Virus record (IMG/VR): IMGVR_UViG_3300010340_000989
Coordinates: 100,997 to 164,996 of that record
DNA length: 64,000 bases
Reading direction: 5' to 3' (one strand)
DNA from: a virus
Taxonomy: Duplodnaviria > Caudoviricetes
Every line of letters begins with the position of its first letter. Position 1 is the stretch's first letter. The notes below the pieces were generated by a model. The model was given only the letters and a program-made list of their open reading frames with translations, had not been told where the DNA came from and did no database searches. Shown piece by piece: positions 8,822 through 20,040 of the stretch. A program made the position numbers and the translations under genes.

Positions 8822-10687
8822 ATGAGCAAAAACGTAATAATTGGGATTGATCTAGGTACAACTAACTCAGCAGTTGCTGTTATAGAAAACGGAGAACCCA
8901 TTGTAATCACAAATTCAGAAGGTAAAAGAACAACACCTTCAATCGTTGGATTCACAGAAAATGATAGAAAAGTAGGTGATCCTGCTAAAAGACAAGCAGT
9001 TATAAATCCAACAAAAACAATCTATTCTATCAAAAGATTTATCGGTAAAGACTTTAGTAAGTGCTCTGATGAAATTACAAGAGTTCCTTACAAAGTTGTG
9101 AATAATGGATCAAATGTTCCATCAGTTCAGATAGATGATAGAAAATATACACCACAAGAAATTTCAGCAATGATTCTTCAAAAAATGAAAAAAACGGCTG
9201 AAGATTATCTTGGATATGAAGTAAAACGAGCTGTTATTACAGTACCAGCTTATTTTGGAGATGCTGAGAGAACCGCAACAATAGAAGCCGGTAAAATTGC
9301 CGGACTTGAAGTTGAACGTATTATTAATGAACCAACAGCAGCAGCTTTGGCATATGGACTTGATAAAAAAAATAAAGATGCTAAAATTTTAGTATTTGAC
9401 TGTGGTGGTGGTACACATGATGTATCAGTTCTTGAGATTGGAGATGGGGTTTTTGAAGTTAAATCTACTGATGGTGATGTTCATTTAGGTGGTGATGATT
9501 TTGATAATGCAATTATCACTTGGATGGTTAATGAGTTTAAATCAGAAAATTCTATGGATTTATCCAAAGATCCTATGGCTCTTCAAAGATTAAAAGAAGC
9601 TGCTGAAAAAGCTAAAATTGAATTGAGTTCAACAAGTGAGAGTGAGATTAATCTTCCTTATATAATTGCAAAAGATGGAATGCCATTACACTTTGTTAAA
9701 AAATTGACTCGTTCTAAATTTGATCAATTAACATCATCTCTTGTCGATAGAGCTATTGCCTGTGCTAAAACTGCATTAAAAAATGCTGGAATTAAAGCAT
9801 CAGATATTGATGAAATCATTTTAGTAGGTGGATCTACAAGAATTCCATCAATTCAAGAAGCAATTGAAAAGAATTTTAATAAAAAACCAAATAAATCAGT
9901 AAATCCGGATGAAGTTGTAGCTATAGGTGCAGCTATTCAAGGAGCTGTTTTAAATGGTAGTATTACAGACGTTTTACTTCTTGATGTTACCCCACTTTCA
10001 TTAGGTATTGAAACAATGGGTGGTGTATTCACAAAATTGATTGAAGCAAATACAACAATTCCAACAAGAAAATCAGAAACATTCTCAACTGCATCAGATA
10101 ACCAACCATCGGTTGAAATTCACGTTCTTCAAGGTGAAAGACCAATGGCTCGTGATAACAGATCACTTGGTAGATTCCATTTAGATGGTATTATGTCAGC
10201 ACCACGAGGAATTCCAAAAATTGAATGTACTATTGATATTGATGCTAATGGAATACTTTCAGTAACCGCTAAGGATCAAGCAACAGGGAAAGAAAATAAA
10301 ATACGAATTGAAGGAGGATCACAACTTTCTAAAGAAGAAATTGAAAGAATGAAAGCTGAAGCTGAAGCAAATGCTGAGTCTGATAAACTTGAAAAAGAAA
10401 AAGTAGATAAATTGAATCAAGCAGATAATATGATTTTTCAAACAGAAAAACAAATTAAAGAGTTTGATGAGAAATTAACTGAGGCTGATAAAACAGACCT
10501 AAATAATATTCTTAATGAATTAAGAACCGCTCATAAAGATCAAGAAATTGATAAAATTGATTCTGAAATGAATAAATTAAATGAAACTTGGTCACGAATT
10601 AGTACAAATTTATATTCACAAACTAATTCAGAAGAAGCTGGTGATGGTGCCCCGGCTGAAGATATTAACTTTGAAGAGGTTAAGTAA
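8822..10687 (+). CDS. dnaK: Chaperone DnaK (Hsp70)
   Basis: [36 protein letters not shown]; Bacteroidetes-style C-terminus FEEVK. Confidence 0.98.
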   Translation: MSKNVIIGIDLGTTNSAVAVIENGEPIVITNSEGKRTTPSIVGFTENDRKVGDPAKRQAVINPTKTIYSIKRFIGKDFSKCSDEITRVPYKVVNNGSNVPSVQIDDRKYTPQEISAMILQKMKKTAEDYLGYEVKRAVITVPAYFGDAERTATIEAGKIAGLEVERIINEPTAAALAYGLDKKNKDAKILVFDCGGGTHDVSVLEIGDGVFEVKSTDGDVHLGGDDFDNAIITWMVNEFKSENSMDLSKDPMALQRLKEAAEKAKIELSSTSESEINLPYIIAKDGMPLHFVKKLTRSKFDQLTSSLVDRAIACAKTALKNAGIKASDIDEIILVGGSTRIPSIQEAIEKNFNKKPNKSVNPDEVVAIGAAIQGAVLNGSITDVLLLDVTPLSLGIETMGGVFTKLIEANTTIPTRKSETFSTASDNQPSVEIHVLQGERPMARDNRSLGRFHLDGIMSAPRGIPKIECTIDIDANGILSVTAKDQATGKENKIRIEGGSQLSKEEIERMKAEAEANAESDKLEKEKVDKLNQADNMIFQTEKQIKEFDEKLTEADKTDLNNILNELRTAHKDQEIDKIDSEMNKLNETWSRISTNLYSQTNSEEAGDGAPAEDINFEEVK

Positions 10688-10688
10688 T

Positions 10689-10723
10689 AAAAAAACCCCA
10701 CTCAAATTGAGTGGGGTTTTTTT
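10689..10723. terminator. Bidirectional intrinsic terminator
   Basis: A7-CCCCACTCA-aat-TGAGTGGGG-T7 between convergent genes. Confidence 0.9.
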
Positions 10724-10725
10724 AT

Positions 10726-11976
10726 TTATTCATCGTAAGGATCAATCTCATCATACCCTCCACCAGTACTCTGAAGTTCATAATTGGCTTTAATTGCACT
10801 ACCTTTATTGGATAATTCACCAGTTTCAGAATTTAAATACATTAATGAATCTAAATATGGAAATTCATCTTCCCATTTTTGTAAATCAACTATAATAGTT
10901 TGATTATTTTTTGTATCCGATCCGTTTTCAATTGTAAAATCTGATCCATAATTTTTAGATTTTCTATACCACCATCCATTTTTTTCTGCAAATTTTCGGA
11001 ATAAATCAATATCATTATCTTTAGTTGTATAAATTCTATCCATAAAATAATAATCATCTCTTGTTTTCCAAAGTAATGCTCTTCCAACTATTTTATTTGA
11101 TGTGTATTTACCGTTTAAAATCTCACCATTTTCATCATATAATATAACTAATTGACAAACATCTGGATTAGCAGAATATATGTATAAATAACTACCAGGA
11201 ACTTCCGACATACAAGAATTTGCTAAAGTGCCATTGTCCTGATCATAATAATTATCTAAATTATACCAATAAGTTATATCATCACCTTTAACAATATTAA
11301 ATCTATTAAAAGAATCATTTATAATATCAATTGTAGATTTATATTGATTTACAAATTTCTCAATATCAGAATCATTAGCATTAATTTTAGTTGCCCTAAT
11401 AAGAGCTCTAATTATTCTTCCTATTTTTATTTTATTCCTATTAGTAGTCCAAACTTTTTGAAAAGAAGAATCATACTCTTCAAGAGCTTCCTTATTAATA
11501 ATAGTTCTTTTTCCTTTATCTTCTTCTTCCCCATGGATCGATAGAGTACATTCGAATAAACAGTATATCTTACCACTTGAACCTACTGTTGTCCCAAGTA
11601 TTTTACCAACTGTTCCAAATTCGGGTTGATAGACATCCTGAGTTCTTGTATGATTTAAATTATCATATATTCTTTGATTTCTTTCAGATCCTGTTAAATA
11701 TCTTCCACTATCAATAACTTTATATAATTCTTCTTTGTCACCTATCAACTCTTTAGCTTTTCTATCAGGTATAAAACTAACAGTATCATTTTCATCAGTT
11801 GTATCAATATAATTATATTGAGTATCAATATCTACATCTTGTAAAGACATAATTTGGTTAGAAAGAGGGGATTTTATAGAACTCAATGCACTATAAAATC
11901 TTTTAGAAAATCCAATTTTAGATTCAAATAGTTTTTCTAATTTTTTTTCTAATAAAAAATCAAAATAATTAAACAT
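10726..11976 (-). CDS. Conserved phage protein (SCM...GRALLW...MDRIY...FPYLDS family), function unknown
   Basis: Recognisable motif series; N-terminus MFNYFDFLLE; TTATATATA upstream. Confidence 0.7.
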   Translation of the reverse strand: MFNYFDFLLEKKLEKLFESKIGFSKRFYSALSSIKSPLSNQIMSLQDVDIDTQYNYIDTTDENDTVSFIPDRKAKELIGDKEELYKVIDSGRYLTGSERNQRIYDNLNHTRTQDVYQPEFGTVGKILGTTVGSSGKIYCLFECTLSIHGEEEDKGKRTIINKEALEEYDSSFQKVWTTNRNKIKIGRIIRALIRATKINANDSDIEKFVNQYKSTIDIINDSFNRFNIVKGDDITYWYNLDNYYDQDNGTLANSCMSEVPGSYLYIYSANPDVCQLVILYDENGEILNGKYTSNKIVGRALLWKTRDDYYFMDRIYTTKDNDIDLFRKFAEKNGWWYRKSKNYGSDFTIENGSDTKNNQTIIVDLQKWEDEFPYLDSLMYLNSETGELSNKGSAIKANYELQSTGGGYDEIDPYDE

Positions 11977-12024
11977 ATTGATAAATAATATTTATTCTTA
12001 TATATAAAATATAAGAATTAACAT

Positions 12025-12240
12025 TCAATCTTTATTTTTTTTTATCTTATAATCTCCCTTAGATTTTAAACCACTTCCATCAAGAAAATTATCTAATGAT
12101 GTTATTTTTTTATTTATCCAGATTCCTTTAGATCTGTAATAAATTTTAACCATCACATGTCCTAATTCAGTTATATAAATTTTTTCAAGGACACCGACAC
12201 CATTTGGTGTTTCAATTTCAGTTTGGATAAGATCTTTCAA
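12025..12240 (-). CDS. Hypothetical protein
   Basis: 71-aa ORF with TTG start, fills the gap. Confidence 0.55.
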   Translation of the reverse strand: MKDLIQTEIETPNGVGVLEKIYITELGHVMVKIYYRSKGIWINKKITSLDNFLDGSGLKSKGDYKIKKNKD

Positions 12241-12299
12241 TTCATTTAAAATTTAGTTTTTCGTATTAAAAAATATGTTTATATATAACTTTCGATTTT

Positions 12300-12327
12300 C
12301 AACTTTTTCATATTTTTAAGTTATAAC
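12300..12327 (+). promoter_or_regulatory. Putative middle-class promoter CAAC-N18-TATAAC
   Basis: Heads the grpE-containing operon. Confidence 0.6.
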
Positions 12328-12347
12328 TAATAAATTATAATTTTTTA

Positions 12348-12833
12348 ATGAGAATAACTGTAACACCAGAAGATTTAGTGCGTAGATGCCTTTGGGATCA
12401 CTATGTATATTACATAGTCGGATCGGATAAAGAGGCTGAGAAGATTTTAAAAGAAAATAAAGAGTTTGAAGTAACCGAAAAAGAAGCTCTTGTAATTGGA
12501 TTACTCAAAGTAATTGAGACAGATAATTTGATACACAAATATAATACCTATATAGTTGATTTCTTATCTAATAAATCAATAAATAATAATTCACAAGTTC
12601 TTATTAGAAAAAAGGCTTTGGAAATATGTGTTGATAAATTTCTGGATAAATTTCCAGACTATTGGATCCCCAATGCTGTTTATAAAAATTCTTTATCAGA
12701 ACTTGTTGATTATATTGAAGAATTTAAAATAAAAATTGAAAAATTAGAGATACATAAAGTATCTGATCAATTTGGAACCTATGAATTTGTAGTATCAAAC
12801 AATGTTAAAAAACAACTATCATTTAATTACTAA
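12348..12833 (+). CDS. Hypothetical protein
   Basis: 161-aa ORF, first in operon. Confidence 0.75.
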   Translation: MRITVTPEDLVRRCLWDHYVYYIVGSDKEAEKILKENKEFEVTEKEALVIGLLKVIETDNLIHKYNTYIVDFLSNKSINNNSQVLIRKKALEICVDKFLDKFPDYWIPNAVYKNSLSELVDYIEEFKIKIEKLEIHKVSDQFGTYEFVVSNNVKKQLSFNY

Positions 12834-12835
12834 TT

Positions 12836-13333
12836 ATGAATACAAAAAGATTTAATAACCCAACAGACTTTGAAAAAGTAAAAGAAGAACATCCTATGTC
12901 AGCTAAAAACTCATCGATTCAAACAACTGTCGAAACTTTAATTGAAAACAATATTGATTATAAAGATCAGTATTTAAGACTATATGCTGATTTTGAAAAT
13001 TATAAAAAAAGAAATCAAAAAGAAAAAGAAGAACTTGTTTTAAATACTAAAACTAAAATGTTGAATTCTATTCTAGATTTAGATAATGATTTACATATTG
13101 CTAAAAAATCAATCGGTGATTCAGAAGGAATAAACATTATTCTAAATAAAGTTCATAGTTTTTTAAAATCTCACGGTATTGAAGAGGTTCAAACAGAATC
13201 ATATGATTCTGATTTACATGAAGTTATTTCTGTTTTGGAAACAGGTGAAGAAAAAATAATAGATGTTATATCAAAAGGTTACTCTATAAATGGAAAACCA
13301 TTTAGATATCCTAAAATAATTCTATCTAAGTAA
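12836..13333 (+). CDS. grpE: Nucleotide exchange factor GrpE
   Basis: YLRLYADFENYKKR, YDSDLHEVI, KGY...RYPKI. Confidence 0.92.
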   Translation: MNTKRFNNPTDFEKVKEEHPMSAKNSSIQTTVETLIENNIDYKDQYLRLYADFENYKKRNQKEKEELVLNTKTKMLNSILDLDNDLHIAKKSIGDSEGINIILNKVHSFLKSHGIEEVQTESYDSDLHEVISVLETGEEKIIDVISKGYSINGKPFRYPKIILSK

Positions 13334-13875
13334 TGAATTATAAAGATGCTAAATCTCTTAAAGAACTTGATGATAATAATCTTTATGATATACTATGTAA
13401 AGGCATAAATCATCCAGATGATGTATCACATTTAAAAGATTTATTTAAAGATACAACCTGTTTACACTATCATCTTTTTGATGACCCAGTATTCACTGAA
13501 AAAAAGAATAAAAGTGATGATAATCCAGATGGGAATAATCTTTTAGAATATATTCTTCCAACTTTGAGAAGACTATATTCTAAATTTTTTATAGTTCCGC
13601 CAAGTATCTTTACAAGTTCAAAAGAGAATAGAAGACTTGAACTATATCAACTTCAATTCAATTTAGTTGAGTTCTTAACTATCTTATCTGAAAAGTATAA
13701 AAATAATCATAATAAATTAGATGATTTTAAAAATTTAGATACTGATGCTGAGATGCTTACGTTAATAGTTGAAGATTATATCGCATCTAAGGTTAGTTAT
13801 ATTGCATCAACAAATACATTTGATATTCCTACGGAGATAAGAGATATAAAATTGTCAAGACATCTTAATATTTGA
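13333..13875 (+). CDS. Hypothetical protein with C-terminal RxxKL tag
   Basis: Coupled to grpE; ends TEIRDIKLSRHLNI. Confidence 0.7.
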   Translation: MNYKDAKSLKELDDNNLYDILCKGINHPDDVSHLKDLFKDTTCLHYHLFDDPVFTEKKNKSDDNPDGNNLLEYILPTLRRLYSKFFIVPPSIFTSSKENRRLELYQLQFNLVEFLTILSEKYKNNHNKLDDFKNLDTDAEMLTLIVEDYIASKVSYIASTNTFDIPTEIRDIKLSRHLNI

Positions 13876-13924
13876 TGTGGTATGATATTTGTTATAAATA
13901 AAAATAAAAAGAATTTAAAATAAT

Positions 13925-14959
13925 ATGAGTAAAGATTATTATCAAATACTTGAGGTTGATAGAAATTCATCAGCCGATGAAATTAAAAAGTCATATAGAA
14001 AAATGGCTATGAAATATCATCCAGATAAAAATCCAGATAACCCACAAGCTGAGGAGAAATTTAAAGAATGTGCTGAAGCATTTGATGTTCTTTCAGATCC
14101 ACAGAAAAAACAACAATATGATCAATTCGGAACTGTTGGTGGTAATCAATTTAATGGTGGATTTAATATGGATGATATTTTTTCTAGATTTGGTGATTTT
14201 TTTGGAGGATTTGGAGGAAACCAAAGACAAGTCCGTAGAGGATCAGATTTAAGATTAAAAGTTAATGTCACCTTAAATGATATTATATATGGGGTTGATA
14301 AAAAAATAAAATATATTCGTCAAGTCAAATGTAATACTTGTGATGGATTTGGTGGAAAAGACTTGACAAATTGTGGAATTTGTCAAGGAACCGGACAAAG
14401 AAGAGTTGTTCAACAAACACCATTTGGGACTATTCAACAAGTTGTAAGTTGTAATTCTTGTGGTGGGCAAGGACAAATAACAAAAACAACTTGTAATAAT
14501 TGCAAAGGACATGGAACAACACCATATGAAGAAACAATAGATATTAGTATACCAAAAGGTGCTGTAAATGGTGTTAATCTTAATATGTCACAACATGGAA
14601 ATTGGATTAAAAATGGGCAACCAGGAGATTTGATTATTCTTATCGAAGAGATGCCGGATTTAAATTTTAAAAGAGAAAGTAATAATTTAGTTTATGAACA
14701 ATCTATTTCTATTATTGATGCAATTTTAGGAAAAGAAATACAACTAACTACACCACACGGTGATATTAAATTTATCGTAACACCAGGAACATCACATGGT
14801 AAAACACTAAGAATACAAGGAAAAGGAGTTCCAGATTTAAATCAAAATGGAAGGACAGGAGATTTATTTATAAAAATGAATATTAGAATTCCTCAAAATG
14901 TTACTAATGAAGAAAAAAAATTACTAAATACATTAAAAGAGTCTCCAAACTTTTTTTAA
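13925..14959 (+). CDS. dnaJ: Chaperone DnaJ (class A)
   Basis: J domain HPDKN, G/F region, four CxxCxGxG repeats. Confidence 0.97.
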   Translation: MSKDYYQILEVDRNSSADEIKKSYRKMAMKYHPDKNPDNPQAEEKFKECAEAFDVLSDPQKKQQYDQFGTVGGNQFNGGFNMDDIFSRFGDFFGGFGGNQRQVRRGSDLRLKVNVTLNDIIYGVDKKIKYIRQVKCNTCDGFGGKDLTNCGICQGTGQRRVVQQTPFGTIQQVVSCNSCGGQGQITKTTCNNCKGHGTTPYEETIDISIPKGAVNGVNLNMSQHGNWIKNGQPGDLIILIEEMPDLNFKRESNNLVYEQSISIIDAILGKEIQLTTPHGDIKFIVTPGTSHGKTLRIQGKGVPDLNQNGRTGDLFIKMNIRIPQNVTNEEKKLLNTLKESPNFF

Positions 14960-14971
14960 ACAAAAAAATAG

Positions 14972-14979
14972 TATATTTG
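14972..14979 (+). promoter_or_regulatory. Bacteroidetes sigma-A -7 element TAnnTTTG (TATATTTG)
   Basis: Exact consensus in the gap just upstream of 14985. Confidence 0.5.
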
Positions 14980-14984
14980 TAATT

Positions 14985-15332
14985 ATGGAAAAGTTAAAAG
15001 TTGTAAAAGTTGATTCATACTCTATTGTTTTTGATAATGATGTCGTTTTAACATCAGAACATGATAAGGATTGTTGTGAAGAACACTATTTATCAATGTC
15101 TGACTTAACAATGTCTGACTTTGAAGGTTTAGAATTTGATTTAACAAATGATAATTTTTTCAAAAGAATTGAGGGATATGGTATAGAATTGGTCCCAATT
15201 ACTGGATACTCAGTAAAAATTCCAGGATATGCTTCAAATAATGGATATTATTCCTCTTACTTATCATTAGTTGTAATGAGTCCATCATTACCTGATAAAG
15301 TGTATGATATTACAGAGTGTCAGGATTATTAA
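14985..15332 (+). CDS. Conserved phage hypothetical protein (HxxDCCE...NGYYS)
   Basis: HDKDCCE and SNNGYYS motifs. Confidence 0.75.
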   Translation: MEKLKVVKVDSYSIVFDNDVVLTSEHDKDCCEEHYLSMSDLTMSDFEGLEFDLTNDNFFKRIEGYGIELVPITGYSVKIPGYASNNGYYSSYLSLVVMSPSLPDKVYDITECQDY

Positions 15333-15338
15333 TTAACT

Positions 15339-15572
15339 ATGAAATATAAAATTGGGAAAATCATTAAACCAAAAAAATTAGATTGGTTAACAGATGATAA
15401 AATTGAAGAATACTTAAAATCAATGGGGTGGGAAAATCTTCCCAATTCTGTGATAAATGGTAATATTTGGACACAATATTTAAATGAATATGATTATAAA
15501 AATGTATATTTAATTGATCCTGATAATTCAAAAGAATCAATTATTAAACAAATTTTAGAACAACTTCAATAA
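15339..15572 (+). CDS. Hypothetical protein
   Basis: 77-aa ORF in operon. Confidence 0.6.
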   Translation: MKYKIGKIIKPKKLDWLTDDKIEEYLKSMGWENLPNSVINGNIWTQYLNEYDYKNVYLIDPDNSKESIIKQILEQLQ

Positions 15573-16685
15573 TCAAATAAGTTTATCTATAGCAAATTGT
15601 AAATTAGATTTTACCCGGTCAATATAATGTCCGGGTATTTTATTTTCAGACAATAATCTTTCACAAGCAATTTTTGAATCTTCAAAATGTCCTGCCCAAT
15701 AAGCAACAATAGAAAATTCATCTAAAATACCATAATCATAAATCCATTTCTCTACAAATAAAGATCCACTTGGTAATCCAATTGTTATTGCGTGTTTACC
15801 AAGAATATAACCTTGTTGATTTAATCCATTAACTCTACAATAGTTTATAGCGGCATGTAAAGCTTCAGATCTATATGGTAGATTTTCTTGTGCCCTCATA
15901 AAAGTTTGTAAAATTTGCTCTTTAGGGTAATTTAATCCTTTCATCAAATTACCTGCGCTATATAAACTCATATAAACTTCCTCAGCCCAGAATCCTTGAT
16001 CAGCTCTTTCCAGGTATTTTTCTAATGATAATTCTGGTTTCCCACCATCTCGATATGATTGTGCTAAATAAAATGTGTATCTTGATCTAAACCAATCTGT
16101 TATATCACCCTTCAATGCTTCTTCTAATAGTTCTGCATCTTTTAAAAACTTATTATCACTTTTATTTCTAGCACTATCTTGAATTGGGAAATTATGAAAC
16201 CCTTTTGCAGTATCTCTACTACCACCATCAGCCATTGATAGAAATTCATGAATAACTCCTTCATATTTAGAGTCTCTTTTATTTGATGTTAAAGTGGGTC
16301 TATTATAAATAAATCCACCCATATTTGTAACTATATCATATATATCATCACATAAAGAATTTTTAAAATTTTCAACATTAAAATCATCTTCAAACACTAA
16401 TATTTCGTCAGCATCTATCATTAATGAATAATCAATAAAATCCTTTTCTTTTAATTTTTGAAGTGCAAATGTTCTATTATAAGCAAAATTTTTCCAAGGC
16501 TCTATAATAACCTCACCTGGGATATTATTTTTATTCAACCAATTATTAATTACTTGAGGGGTTCCATCATCTGAACCAGTATCAACAATTAAAACATAAT
16601 CTAAAAGCCTTTTTAGTGATTCCATACATCTCTCGATAACATGAGCCTCATTTTTTACTATCATACAAAGTCCAATTGTCTTCAT
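15573..16685 (-). CDS. GT2 glycosyltransferase with C-terminal TPR-like helices
   Basis: LCMIVKNE, VDTGSDDGT, NFAYNR, IDADE, IHE; FYLAQSYRD. Confidence 0.88.
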   Translation of the reverse strand: MKTIGLCMIVKNEAHVIERCMESLKRLLDYVLIVDTGSDDGTPQVINNWLNKNNIPGEVIIEPWKNFAYNRTFALQKLKEKDFIDYSLMIDADEILVFEDDFNVENFKNSLCDDIYDIVTNMGGFIYNRPTLTSNKRDSKYEGVIHEFLSMADGGSRDTAKGFHNFPIQDSARNKSDNKFLKDAELLEEALKGDITDWFRSRYTFYLAQSYRDGGKPELSLEKYLERADQGFWAEEVYMSLYSAGNLMKGLNYPKEQILQTFMRAQENLPYRSEALHAAINYCRVNGLNQQGYILGKHAITIGLPSGSLFVEKWIYDYGILDEFSIVAYWAGHFEDSKIACERLLSENKIPGHYIDRVKSNLQFAIDKLI

Positions 16686-16705
16686 TAAATAAATATATTT
16701 TATTA

Positions 16706-16733
16706 TTTATAGATTACTAATCTATATTGGTTT
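16706..16733 (-). promoter_or_regulatory. Putative middle-class promoter AAAC-N18-TATAAA
   Basis: Upstream of the GT2-TPR gene. Confidence 0.6.
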
Positions 16734-16769
16734 GTTCGATTTTATATATACTATAAAATAATATTAAAT

Positions 16770-17561
16770 ATGAATGGATATGGAGATGAATATGTGCCTG
16801 ACCAAAATGGTTTAACTATTGAAGAACTGATAGATTTTATTCAAAATGAAATAACAATTGGTTGTGCATTACCAAAAACTTTACCAGATTCTGAAATTAG
16901 AAGAATTATAGAAACAAGAGCTCTTCCATATTTTTATCGTAATTATCAATATGCTGTTCAAAAAATGTATTTCTTTATACATCAAGATGCTTTTCATACT
17001 GAAGAATTTACCAAATATAGATATGTTAATGTTCCATGTGAAATACAATCTGTCACATATTTATATGAAGTTCGAGGTGGTAGTCTTATGCAATTAGGAA
17101 TAAATACACCAAATTTATCAGTAAATCTAGGTGTTACAAATCAACCTTATTTATCATCATATGTTACTACAATTGGAGAATTGGGTGTTTATAAAACAAT
17201 TCTAGATTCTATGTCAGATATGTTAAATCAATTAAATAAATATACATTAAAATATCATTTTAATCAATTACATCATAGACTTCAAATAATGACTAATGTT
17301 AAACATAATGTGATTATAGAAGGTTATGCGAATATTCCACCAGAATATCTTTTTAAAGATGACCTTTTTGTTAAATATGTTACCGGATGGGCTAAAGTTC
17401 AATATGGTAATTTAACTGGAAGATATGACTGGACATTAGCCGGTGGCATAAAAATCAATTCCGCAGATATAACCGCACAGGGAAAAGAAGAAATAAAAGA
17501 AGCGGAGGAAGAGATCAAGGGACAATCGAACTCAAGTTTCTTCTACATGGTAAAACGCTAA
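16770..17561 (+). CDS. Neck/head-completion protein (T4 gp13-like)
   Basis: C-terminal FVKYVTGWAK...LAGGIKIN...GKEEIKEAEEEI resembles the gp13 end; TTATATATA at 16742-16750. Confidence 0.7.
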   Translation: MNGYGDEYVPDQNGLTIEELIDFIQNEITIGCALPKTLPDSEIRRIIETRALPYFYRNYQYAVQKMYFFIHQDAFHTEEFTKYRYVNVPCEIQSVTYLYEVRGGSLMQLGINTPNLSVNLGVTNQPYLSSYVTTIGELGVYKTILDSMSDMLNQLNKYTLKYHFNQLHHRLQIMTNVKHNVIIEGYANIPPEYLFKDDLFVKYVTGWAKVQYGNLTGRYDWTLAGGIKINSADITAQGKEEIKEAEEEIKGQSNSSFFYMVKR

Positions 17562-17566
17562 AAGTA

Positions 17567-17614
17567 ATATATTTAGAGAGTTTATTCTTAGGGAGCGGAA
17601 CTTTCTAAATATAT
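17567..17614 (+). promoter_or_regulatory. 16-bp hairpin covering the translation-initiation region and late motif of the GIY-YIG gene
   Basis: ATATATTTAGAGAGTT (17567-82) pairs with AACTTTCTAAATATAT (17599-614), one G-U. Confidence 0.7.
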
Positions 17615-17620
17615 ATTTTT

Positions 17621-18742
17621 ATGAAAACTTTTATTTATGGTTTATTAGACCCAGATACTAAATTAGTAAGATATATTGGTAAATCAAATAATCCAAATAA
17701 GCGGTTATATAATCATATTTTTAATTGTAGAAAATCACCAACCCATAAAAATAACTGGATTAAATCATTACTTGATAATAATAAAAAACCTTTAATAGAA
17801 ATAATAGATGAAGTTTTAATAGAGGAATGGCAAATATGGGAGATTTTTTATATTGATAAATATAAAAAAGATGGATTTGATCTTACAAATTTATCAAATG
17901 GTGGATCAGGTCCAACATTTCAAGAGTATTATGATAAGGCAAAAACTATTGAAAAAATGAAACTTCGTCATAAATTATTCCCAAACTATAATCGTTCTGG
18001 AAATAATTTAAAACAACCGATTGATAAAGATTTATTATATCAGTTATACATAGTTGATAATCTTTCTATACCAAAAATATCGGAAAAATTGCAATGCTCT
18101 GAGAAGAAGGTTTTTGATAATCTAAAAGATTATAGTATAAAAAAAGATAAGAGAGTATGGAAAAAGCAATGTGCATCCAGTGATAAAAAGATTGTTTTAC
18201 AATATGATTTATCAGGAGAACTTATAAAGGAGTGGAATAGTTTGAAATCTGTAAGTAAATTTTATAAAAACACAAATATCTCAAGTTGTTGTAGAGGAGA
18301 ATCAGTAACTGCATCCGGTTTTATTTGGAGATATAAAGATGAATTTATAGATATAGATTTAAATAAATTAAATTATCAAAAAAGAAAAGTATCACAATAT
18401 GATTTACAAGGAAATTTTATTAGATCTTTCGATTCAATTAAAGAAGCATCATTAAATGGATTTAACGAGGGTAATATTCAAGATTGTTGTGCTGGTAGAT
18501 TGAAATCATCTAAGGGGTTTATTTGGAGATATTTAGAAGATTCTCAACCGCTTATGTATAAGAAAAAAAATGTTAAATCAGTTTTACAATTTTCAATTTC
18601 TGGTGAATTTATTAAGGAATGGGATTCTATCGCAATGGTATCTAGAGAGTTAAAAATTGGAGGGAATAGTATAGTTACTTGTTGTAAGGGTAAATATAAA
18701 TCGGCGGGAGGTTTTATTTGGAAGTATAAAGATAATATATAA
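17621..18742 (+). mobile_element. Free-standing GIY-YIG homing endonuclease with three NUMOD1-type repeats
   Basis: FIYGL...RYIGKS...R..NH; 3x VLQYDL.G..IKEW.S...CC.G...AxGFIWRY. Confidence 0.88.
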
Positions 18743-18745
18743 TTA

Positions 18746-19144
18746 ATGATATATTTAAAATTATTTGAAAATTTTAGTAGGCATAAAGATTGGAAAAATC
18801 CTGATGAAAATGATAGAATATTTGAAATTATATTTATGTCTTTTTTAGATATTTCTGATAAATATAATTTTGAAAAAGTTGATGATGTTTATAAATCGGA
18901 TATTAATGGGACTATTTATCAAATAAAATACTCAACAAAACGAGAAGAATATAATTTAGAAATATTTCTAATAGATAATTTAGAAGGTGTATCTGATGAT
19001 GGTAGAAATCTAAAAAAAGATCTTTTATCTGATTTTAATAAATTTATTTCACATTTAGAATCATTCGGTTTAAAATGTATTATGAATAGAGAAAGAGGTA
19101 GTTTAATAATTGATTTTTACATCTCTAAAAACTCTAATATATAA
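18746..19144 (+). CDS. Putative internal head protein (tag plus DxD family)
   Basis: MIYLKLFENF; TAATATATA 18733-18741. Confidence 0.65.
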   Translation: MIYLKLFENFSRHKDWKNPDENDRIFEIIFMSFLDISDKYNFEKVDDVYKSDINGTIYQIKYSTKREEYNLEIFLIDNLEGVSDDGRNLKKDLLSDFNKFISHLESFGLKCIMNRERGSLIIDFYISKNSNI

Positions 19145-19147
19145 CTT

Positions 19148-20026
19148 ATGAAACATATTAAACCATATAAATTATTTGAATCTTCAAATAGATTTGTTGA
19201 AGAGATTGGTATAACATTAGATCAAGTTCAAGATATTTTCATAGATGTTAAAGATTCTGGATTAGAAGTTGATGATATTTATATAGGAAATGCTTTATCA
19301 TTAGGAAATAATGAAATAGTAACAGATCATAATGATTTAGTATTTATTGACTCATATAGAAGTTTTTCAATTAGATTAAAATCTACCAATCGTCATAATT
19401 TTCATATAGAAAATGATTTATTTGATGAATTAAAATCATCAATTGGACATATTGAGTCTGAATTTAATTTACAATTAGGTAATATTTACCTAAGAACATT
19501 TGATGGAGTTTGGTTTAATAATGTAGATACGATGGAAAAGTATATTAATGAATTACCATTTGCTAAAAAAGTATCTTTAAAATGGATTAGTTATTTGGAT
19601 TTAACTTTTAAAATTAAAGCGAATTCAAATGAATATTTAACAGAAAAATATAAAAATCAATATTCTTTACTGAAATCAATATTAAATGATGTTAAAGATA
19701 TACTTATTGATTTAACGGATGATAATGATTATTTAAGTTATAATATTGATTTTAATGAGTATTATAAAATTAAGGGAACTGAACTTGGCCAGGCGATGTA
19801 TGCAGATTCAATTGATATTCATTTACTAAATGAAGAAGATATATTTTATATCTTTAATGAAGATATTCTACCTACTTTAAAAAAGTTAGAATCATTTTTG
19901 AAACAATATGATTTAAATATTGATATTGAATTGGTAAATAAAGATATAACTTATTCATTAGATGATTTTGTTAATGAGCATGGTGATAAAAAATCTAATG
20001 AATTAATAATAATAATTATATACTAA
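19148..20026 (+). CDS. Putative internal head protein, two tandem DxD-family domains
   Basis: MKHIKPYKLFES; QDIFIDVKD and KDILIDLTD; TAATATATA 19135-19143. Confidence 0.65.
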   Translation: MKHIKPYKLFESSNRFVEEIGITLDQVQDIFIDVKDSGLEVDDIYIGNALSLGNNEIVTDHNDLVFIDSYRSFSIRLKSTNRHNFHIENDLFDELKSSIGHIESEFNLQLGNIYLRTFDGVWFNNVDTMEKYINELPFAKKVSLKWISYLDLTFKIKANSNEYLTEKYKNQYSLLKSILNDVKDILIDLTDDNDYLSYNIDFNEYYKIKGTELGQAMYADSIDIHLLNEEDIFYIFNEDILPTLKKLESFLKQYDLNIDIELVNKDITYSLDDFVNEHGDKKSNELIIIIIY

Positions 20027-20040
20027 AAATAAATATAACT

